The notes under the pieces are model-generated. The model saw nothing but the letters and a program-made list of their open reading frames with translations. It had not been told where the DNA came from and did no database searches. A program made the translations under genes and the position numbers. A stretch of DNA of 41,857 nucleotides from an uncultured Oscillibacter sp. GTDB lineage: Bacteria; Bacillota; Clostridia; Oscillospirales; Oscillospiraceae. Below, in pieces: positions 35,960 to 41,857 of the stretch. Every line of letters begins with the position of its first letter. The stretch's first letter is position 1. The DNA lies in NCBI GenBank assembly GCA_904393855.1, contig CAJFNE010000001.1, forward strand, positions 1 through 41,857, in the 5' to 3' direction.

Positions 35960-36604
35960 TTACGCCGCGGCTTGAGTGGGCTCCGCCGCTTTCTTGCGCT
36001 TTTGGAACGTAGACAGCCATCGCAGAGCTGGAATTCCAACCTCCAGAGCCACCGCCAGCAGCGTCCCGATTCGGGCCGACACGCCCGCGCATCCGTGGAT
36101 CTCCGTCTCCACCGCGTCGAAGTTGATGCCCACATGGATGCCCGGGTCCCGGATGTCCAGGAGCTCCTCCAGCGCCGGCATCACCGTCCAGATGCCGGCG
36201 GACAGCAGCCCGTAGACTTGGGCGGTCTCCGCCGGGTCCTCCGCGCCGCCCAGCGTCAGGGAGAGCGTCAAGGGCTGGATGCGGATACCCCGCCGGGTCC
36301 GGCTCAAAGCCCGCCGCAGGGGCGGCCACAGAACCCGCGCGGCCTCCCGAAGATCGCCGGCAGAGAACCGGGGCATTTTCGGCGTCCCCTTGGACGGCTC
36401 CTTGGATTTCTTTGCTGTCTCCGGCGGCGGCTCCTGCGGTTCCCGCCGAGGCTTGCCGGGATAGACCCGGAAGCGCAGCGGTCCAACCCGGACCTCCACC
36501 TCTGCGGCGCGGCCCGTCAGCGTTACCCGGACGCCCACCCGGACCCGGCACAGCAGCACCAGGAGCGCCGCCAGAATTCCAATGATCCACAGCGCCAGCT
36601 CCAT
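35960..36604 (-). CDS. DUF2953 (YtfI-like) membrane-anchored protein
   Basis: N-terminal TM helix, G.EDPAETA..YG motif; immediately upstream of ytfJ. Confidence 0.75.
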   Translation of the reverse strand: MELALWIIGILAALLVLLCRVRVGVRVTLTGRAAEVEVRVGPLRFRVYPGKPRREPQEPPPETAKKSKEPSKGTPKMPRFSAGDLREAARVLWPPLRRALSRTRRGIRIQPLTLSLTLGGAEDPAETAQVYGLLSAGIWTVMPALEELLDIRDPGIHVGINFDAVETEIHGCAGVSARIGTLLAVALEVGIPALRWLSTFQKRKKAAEPTQAAA

Positions 36605-36628
36605 GGGCGCGCCTCCTTTCCCCTAAGG

Positions 36629-37249
36629 TCAGGCCTCCGACAGGTCTCCGCCGCTCTCCGGCGGGGCGGTCTCCTCCACCGGAGCCAGGATTGTTCCGTC
36701 CTCGTCCAGCCGGATCTGTCCCTCGCCGCCCAGATCCGGCATCTCCGGCAGATCGTCCAGACTGGTTAAATGGAAGGCCCGCAGGAACTGCCGGGTGGTG
36801 CGGTACAGATGGGGCCTCCCCGGCACCTGGAGCCGGCCGCACTCCTCGATGAGCTTGCGGTCCAGCAGCAATCCGATGGTATAGGCGCTGTCCACACCCC
36901 GGATCTGATCCACATAGGCCCGGGTGGTGGGCTGATAGTAGGCGATGATGGTCAGCACCTCCAGCGCCGGCTGGCTGAGCTTGGCGGGCTTTCGGATCTC
37001 AAAGGCCCGCCGGATGGCGTCGGCGTAGTCCGGGGAGGAGCACATCTGCCAGCTGTCCTCCATGCGGATGATCCGCATGCCCCGCCGCTCAAAGGAATAG
37101 GTGTCCATCAGCTTCTGAAGCACCTGCTCCGCCGTGGGGCGGTCCAGCTCCAGCGCCACGCAGATACGATCCACCTGCACCGGCTCGCCGGAGGCGAAGA
37201 GGATCGCCTCCACCGCGGCCTCCATTTCCCTCATATCCTGGATTTCCAA
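36629..37249 (-). CDS. scpB: SMC-Scp complex subunit ScpB
   Basis: EAILFASGEP, LSQPALEVL.IIAY.QP.TR, IRGVDS, GRP.LY.TT..FL..F; start uncertain. Confidence 0.95.
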   Translation of the reverse strand: MEIQDMREMEAAVEAILFASGEPVQVDRICVALELDRPTAEQVLQKLMDTYSFERRGMRIIRMEDSWQMCSSPDYADAIRRAFEIRKPAKLSQPALEVLTIIAYYQPTTRAYVDQIRGVDSAYTIGLLLDRKLIEECGRLQVPGRPHLYRTTRQFLRAFHLTSLDDLPEMPDLGGEGQIRLDEDGTILAPVEETAPPESGGDLSEA

Positions 37250-37262
37250 TCTCGGCTTCTCC

Positions 37263-38045
37263 TTACAACGTCAAATTCTCCGGGGGTTCCCCCTCCTGGC
37301 GGACGGTGCAGTCCGTCTCGGAGCCGGCCAGGTGCAGCACGTGGGCACGGCACAGCTCCAGCACCGCCAGGAAGGTGGCCACCACCTCGCTGCGGCTGCG
37401 GCTACCCTGAAACAGCAGCCGGAAGCGGGTGATCCCATGCTCCTTCAGCCGCCGGAGGATCTCCTTGGCCTTGCTCTCCACCGGGTAGGGCTCGTGCTGA
37501 ACGATCTCCCGGAAGGCGGACTGAGGCGGCGGCAGCGCCCGCTCCGCCCGGCTGCGCATCTCCGCCAGGGCCAGCAGCAGATCCGCCTTGTCCTGGTCGT
37601 ACTCATAGACCTTGCCCCGCTTCACCGGCTCGGGGTTTCGGGTAACGATGTTCCGTCCGAACTCCGCCATGGGCTCCAGCCGGGCCGCCAGGGTCTTGAT
37701 CCGGCCGTAGCTCTCGCCCCGGCGGCGCTCCTCCAGGGATTGGATCAAGGCGTCCATCTCGCTCTGGGCCTCCTCGTCCTCCATGGAGAGGAGCATGCGG
37801 GTCTTTAGGTATACCAGATGGGAGGCCATGGTCACAAACTCACTGGCCACCTCCAGGTCCATCTCCCGGCGCTGCTCCAGCCAGGCAATGTACTGGTCGC
37901 AGATCAGGGAGATGGAGATATCCTGAATCTCCATCTTGTTTCTGCCCAGCAGATATAGGATCAGGTCCAGGGGGCCCTCAAAGTCCTGCAGCTCCTCGGA
38001 CTTGGAGCGGACCACCTTTTCCAGCTTGAATACGGGATTTTCCAT
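37263..38045 (-). CDS. scpA: Segregation/condensation protein ScpA
   Basis: FEGPLDLIL.L, ASEFV.MA, VVATFLAVLEL. Confidence 0.95.
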   Translation of the reverse strand: MENPVFKLEKVVRSKSEELQDFEGPLDLILYLLGRNKMEIQDISISLICDQYIAWLEQRREMDLEVASEFVTMASHLVYLKTRMLLSMEDEEAQSEMDALIQSLEERRRGESYGRIKTLAARLEPMAEFGRNIVTRNPEPVKRGKVYEYDQDKADLLLALAEMRSRAERALPPPQSAFREIVQHEPYPVESKAKEILRRLKEHGITRFRLLFQGSRSRSEVVATFLAVLELCRAHVLHLAGSETDCTVRQEGEPPENLTL

Positions 38046-38057
38046 CGTGAACCGTCC

Positions 38058-38714
38058 TTAAAAAAACAGGCTGTACAGCGCCGACCACACAGCGTAAATG
38101 GCGCGGCTGATGGAGATGCTGCCCAAGTTCAAAAAGGACAGCACCAGCAGCACCAGGATGCCGTACCGCTCGTAGCGCATCAGCGTGACATAGGCCCGGT
38201 CCGGCAGGAACGCCGCCAGCACCTTGGACCCGTCCAGGGGCGGAATGGGGATCAGGTTAAAAAGCCCCAGGCCCACTGACAGAATGGAGAGCTCCAGCAG
38301 GAAATTCACAAGCCAAATGGCCCAATCGGTCCCCGGCAGCACCAGGACCGCGCCCCGCAGCAGCGCCAGCGCAGCCGCCGCCAGCAGCAGGTTGGACACC
38401 GGGCCCGCCAGGGCGGTGAGGGCCATGCCCTGCTTGGGCTTTTTAAAGTAGCGGGGGTCCACCGGCACCGGCTTGGCCCAGCCGAAGCCCACCGCGAACA
38501 TCATCAAAAGGCCGATCCAGTCGATATGCCGCAGGGGGTTCAGGCTCAGCCGGTGCATGGACTTGGCGGTGGGGTCCCCCAGGGCGTAGGCCGCCAGGCC
38601 GTGACAGGTCTCATGAACCGTCAGGCATAAAAAAATGGCGATGACCCGCCCCACGGCGTCCCAGAGGGAGGAGAAATCCAGCGCGTAAAACAGTTCTTGC
38701 AGATAGTGCAGCAT
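38058..38714 (-). CDS. Site-2 (M50) intramembrane metalloprotease
   Basis: HETCH, GDPT, GWAKPVP, AGPVSN, NLIPIPPLDG. Confidence 0.92.
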   Translation of the reverse strand: MLHYLQELFYALDFSSLWDAVGRVIAIFLCLTVHETCHGLAAYALGDPTAKSMHRLSLNPLRHIDWIGLLMMFAVGFGWAKPVPVDPRYFKKPKQGMALTALAGPVSNLLLAAAALALLRGAVLVLPGTDWAIWLVNFLLELSILSVGLGLFNLIPIPPLDGSKVLAAFLPDRAYVTLMRYERYGILVLLVLSFLNLGSISISRAIYAVWSALYSLFF

Positions 38715-38749
38715 AGGGCCTCCCTCAAAATATCCCAAAAGATGAAAAC

Positions 38750-38852
38750 ATTATACCAAAATCTGCACCTGAATACAAGGGAAAATCCCACGGGAACTTC
38801 TGTCCCCGCCGGGGTCCCGGCGTTGACATTTCCCGGCGGACCATGGTATCCT
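38750..38852. promoter_or_regulatory. Divergent sigma-A-like promoters (M50-scpAB leftward, MATE rightward)
   Basis: Minus: TTGTAT-17-TATAAT (38778-38750). Plus: TTGACA-18-TATCCT with extended TG (38823-38852). Confidence 0.6.
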
Positions 38853-38920
38853 GAGGGAGAGAACTTCCCCGGCCGTGCCCCTCCCGGCGCGGCTGGCGTC
38901 TATTCTAAGGAGGCATCGCC

Positions 38921-40306
38921 GTGGACGCTGTGCCGGACAAAACCAATCCTTTGGAGACGGAGCCCATTCACAAGCTGATCCCCCGCTACGCCATTCCCAC
39001 CGCCATGACGCTGATGGTCAACTGCCTCTACAATCTGGTGGACCAGATTTTCGTGGGCCAGGGGGTGGGCATCACCGCCACTGCCGCCGTCAACGTGGCC
39101 TTCCCCACGGTGATTCTGGTGAATGCCGTGTCACTGATGCTGGGGGACGGCTGCGCCGCCAATATCAGCCTGTGCCTGGGACGGCGGCAGCAGCGCCAGG
39201 CGGATGACACCGTCAGCCACACCGTGACGCTGCTGATCGTCTGCGGTGTGGCCCTGGGGCTGCTCTGCGGACTCTGCGCCCCCCAGATCGCGCTCCTCTT
39301 CGGCGCCACGGAGACCGCCTACGACGACGCGGTGGCCTACCTGCGCACCCTGGCCTGGGGGATGCCTTTCCAGCTGCTCTGCCCTGCCTTCACCGCCATC
39401 ATCCGGGCGGACGGGCGGCCCAAGTACGCCATGGGCTGCATGATCCTGGGCACCGTGGTGAACCTGGTGCTGGACCCCATCTTCATCTTCCCTCTGCAGA
39501 TGGGAGTGGTGGGGGCCGGGATCGCCACGGTCATCGGCCAGATGGCCGCCGGCTGTCTCTTTCTGGCGGACCTGCGCCGGTTCCGGACCGTCCAGATTCG
39601 GCGGGAGTCCCTGCGCCCCACGGCGGCACTGACGGGGCGCATCCTGGCCCTGGGCTTTCCCAGCTTCCTGACCCAGATCCTCACCGCCCTGGTGCAGATC
39701 GTGCTGAACAACCTCCTGCGCACCTACGGTGCCCTCAGCGTCTACAGCAGCGACATCGCCCTCTCCGTCTACGGCATGATGATGAAAGTCTATCAGATCG
39801 CCCACTCCATGTTCGTGGGGGTCTCCTCCGCGGTCCAGCCCATCAACGGCTACAACTTCGGAGCCAAACGCTATGACCGGGTCCGGCAGACCTACCGGCT
39901 GGCGGCGGCCATCGCCCTGACGATCTCCGCAGTCTGGTTCGTGATCTTCCAGCTGTTCCCCCGGCCCATCGCCAGCCTTTTCATTTCGGACAGTGCTCTC
40001 TACCTGGACTGCGCCCAGCACTGCTTCCGGCTCTACATGGCGGTCTTCTTCCTCTACGGCCTCCATCTGGCCACGGCGTCTTTCTTCCAGGGGATCGGCA
40101 AGCCAATCCCCTCCCTGGTGATTCCCCTGGCCCGGCAGGGGGTATTCCTGATCCCCCTGGCGATCCTGCTCTCCAGCCGGCTGGGGCTGGACGGGGCGCT
40201 CCTGGCCGCCCCCATCGCCGACGAGCTGACCTTCCTGCTGAGTCTGGCGCTGGCCCTTCGGGAGTTCCGCGCCTGGCGGAAACGGGGCTGGCTGCCCGGG
40301 GCGTGA
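38921..40306 (+). CDS. MATE family efflux transporter (MepA-like)
   Basis: About 12 TM helices, LYNLVDQIFVGQGVG, RADG.P, N.VLDPIFIF, QPI.GYNFGAK; GTG start with SD AAGGAGG. Confidence 0.92.
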   Translation: MDAVPDKTNPLETEPIHKLIPRYAIPTAMTLMVNCLYNLVDQIFVGQGVGITATAAVNVAFPTVILVNAVSLMLGDGCAANISLCLGRRQQRQADDTVSHTVTLLIVCGVALGLLCGLCAPQIALLFGATETAYDDAVAYLRTLAWGMPFQLLCPAFTAIIRADGRPKYAMGCMILGTVVNLVLDPIFIFPLQMGVVGAGIATVIGQMAAGCLFLADLRRFRTVQIRRESLRPTAALTGRILALGFPSFLTQILTALVQIVLNNLLRTYGALSVYSSDIALSVYGMMMKVYQIAHSMFVGVSSAVQPINGYNFGAKRYDRVRQTYRLAAAIALTISAVWFVIFQLFPRPIASLFISDSALYLDCAQHCFRLYMAVFFLYGLHLATASFFQGIGKPIPSLVIPLARQGVFLIPLAILLSSRLGLDGALLAAPIADELTFLLSLALALREFRAWRKRGWLPGA

Positions 40307-40325
40307 CAATCAAGAAAAAGCAAAC

Positions 40326-40351
40326 GGAGCGGACGCATCTGCGCCCGCTCC
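40326..40351. terminator. Likely bidirectional terminator between convergent MATE and tsf
   Basis: GGAGCGGACGCA-TC-TGCGCCCGCTCC flanked by A-rich and T-rich sequence. Confidence 0.65.
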
Positions 40352-40372
40352 TGTCTTTCTGTATACTGGAAA

Positions 40373-41349
40373 TCAGCCCTTCACCATGGAGGCGATCTCC
40401 GCGGCGAAGTTCTCCTGCTTCTTCTCGATGCCTTCGCCCTTCTCGAAGCGGACCGCATCCTTGAAGGTGACAGTGCCGCCCAGCGCCTTGCCGGCGGAGG
40501 CGATATACTGCTCCACGGTGCCGGTGAACACGTCGCCCCGGACGAACTCCTGCTGCAGCAGGCAGTTCTCGGAGTAGAACTTGTTCATCTTGCCCATGAC
40601 GATCTTCTCCCGCACGTTCTCGGGCTTGCCCGCCATCTTGGGGTCGTTCTCCATCTGGACCATCATGATCTTCTTCTCCTCGTCCAGGACATCCTGAGTC
40701 ACCTGGGACTTGTCCCAGAAACGGGGATTCAGCGCGGCGATCTGCATGGCCACGTCCTTGCCAATGGCAGTGGCATCGACTCCGCCGGCAACGTCCAGCG
40801 CCACCAGCACACCGATCTTGCCGCCGGCGTGGATATAGGGCACCATGAAACCGTCGGTGAAGAAAGCGAAGCGGCGGACCTTGATGTTCTCACCGATGAC
40901 CAGCACCATCTCCTGCTGCTGCTCGGTAACGGTCCGGTCGGTGCCGTTGTACTTGCAGTCCATCAGAGCGTCCAGGTCAGCCGGCTTATTGGCGGCAACA
41001 GTGGCCGCCACACCCTTGACGAAGTCCACGAACTTCTCGTTCTTGCCCACGAAGTCGGTCTCGGCGTTGACCTCGACCACCACGCCCACGCCGTCGATGA
41101 CGGCGGCATAGCGGTCTCGGCGTTGACCTCGACCACCACGCCCACGCCGTCGATGACGGCGGCATAGGCCATGCCCTCGGCGGCAATGCGGCCGGCCTTC
41201 TTGGCGGAGGCGGCCAGACCCTTTTCGCGCAGGTACTCGACAGCCTTGTCCATGTCGCCGTCGGCCTCGGTCAGCGCTTTCTTGCAATCCATCATCCCCA
41301 CGCCGGTCATCTCGCGCAGGGTCTTTACATCAGCTGCGGTAAAAGCCAT
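40373..41349 (-). CDS. tsf: Elongation factor Ts, frameshifted in this sequence by a 56-bp duplication
   Basis: [42 protein letters not shown]; removing one 56-bp copy gives a 921-bp intact ORF. Confidence 0.93.
41056..41167. repeat. Exact 56-bp tandem duplication inside tsf
   Basis: CGGTCTCGGCGTTGACCTCGACCACCACGCCCACGCCGTCGATGACGGCGGCATAG at 41056-41111 and 41112-41167. Confidence 0.95.
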
Positions 41350-41406
41350 ATTACGTTCCTCCCAAATCTTTTGATATCCAGGCGCAGCGCGCCGGAAACA
41401 GATCGA

Positions 41407-41857
41407 TTATTCAGCGGCCTCGGCGGCGGGAGCCTCCTCCAGCTGCTCACCCTGCTTACCCTCCAGCACGGCATTGGCCATGATGGAAGAGATCAGCTTG
41501 ATGGCGCGGATGGCGTCGTCATTGCCGGGGATCACGTAGTCGATCTCATCGGGATCGCAGTTGGTATCGGCAATGGCCACCACGGGGATGTGCAGCTTGT
41601 GGGCCTCGGCAATGGCGTTGCGCTCCTTGCGGGTATCCACAATGAACAGGGCGCCGGGCAGGGTCTTCATATCTTTCACGCCGCCCAGGTACTTCTCCAG
41701 CTTGGCAATCTCGCCCAGGTGCTTCATGACTTCCTTCTTGGGCAGCATATCGAACGTACCGTCGGACTGCATGGTCTTCAGCTGGTTCAGCCGGTCCACG
41801 CGGGTGCGCATGGTCTTGAAGTTGGTCATCATGCCGCCCAGCCACCGGGCGTTCACA
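41407..41857 (-). CDS. rpsB: 30S ribosomal protein S2, C-terminal part (runs off window end)
   Basis: [26 protein letters not shown]; upstream of tsf. Confidence 0.96.
   Translation of the reverse strand, partial: VNARWLGGMMTNFKTMRTRVDRLNQLKTMQSDGTFDMLPKKEVMKHLGEIAKLEKYLGGVKDMKTLPGALFIVDTRKERNAIAEAHKLHIPVVAIADTNCDPDEIDYVIPGNDDAIRAIKLISSIMANAVLEGKQGEQLEEAPAAEAAE

Noticed and set aside
35445-35960. Sigma-F/G promoters before ytfJ and dacB
   Set aside because: Only partial -10-like matches (e.g. GGTATACTA) without a convincing -35 at the right spacing.
40963-41349. Programmed frameshift or split EF-Ts
   Set aside because: No slippery site; the break is fully explained by the exact 56-bp duplication.

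Overview
GC-rich chromosomal core region of a spore-forming Clostridia member (gene order and proteins resemble Oscillospiraceae; taxonomy is inference). Almost all genes lie on the minus strand. Read in transcription order they are: rpsB(partial)-tsf; an M50 protease-scpA-scpB-ytfI-ytfJ-dacB-rluB block; rpiR-HI0933-cmk-plsC-ispH/rpsA; butyryl-CoA:acetate CoA-transferase; carD-ispD-ispF; DUF3343-cysteine desulfurase; cdaA-cdaR-RseC-DUF5685-J-domain protein; yloC-remA-gmk-rpoZ-priA-def-fmt-Zn peptidase-rsmB-rlmN-stp-pknB-rsgA; then a small Cys-rich membrane ORF, spoVM (absent from the ORF track), sipL and spoIVA(partial). A polar amino-acid ABC operon and a MATE gene are on the plus strand. No CRISPR array, phage, transposase, rRNA or tRNA was seen. 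Most notable: (1) a dispersed structured repeat family (5 copies, 2 loci) whose terminal hairpin supplies the stop codons of sipL and ispF; (2) clustering of spoVM, sipL and spoIVA with an uncharacterised 53-aa membrane partner; (3) an uncharacterised RseC-DUF5685-J-domain module with Asp-rich motifs and a Cys-rich tail; (4) an ispH-rpsA fusion broken by a deletion, with a candidate promoter and SD for rpsA embedded in ispH; (5) a 56-bp exact duplication frameshifting tsf, probably an assembly artefact. All calls come from reading the sequence; no searches were run.
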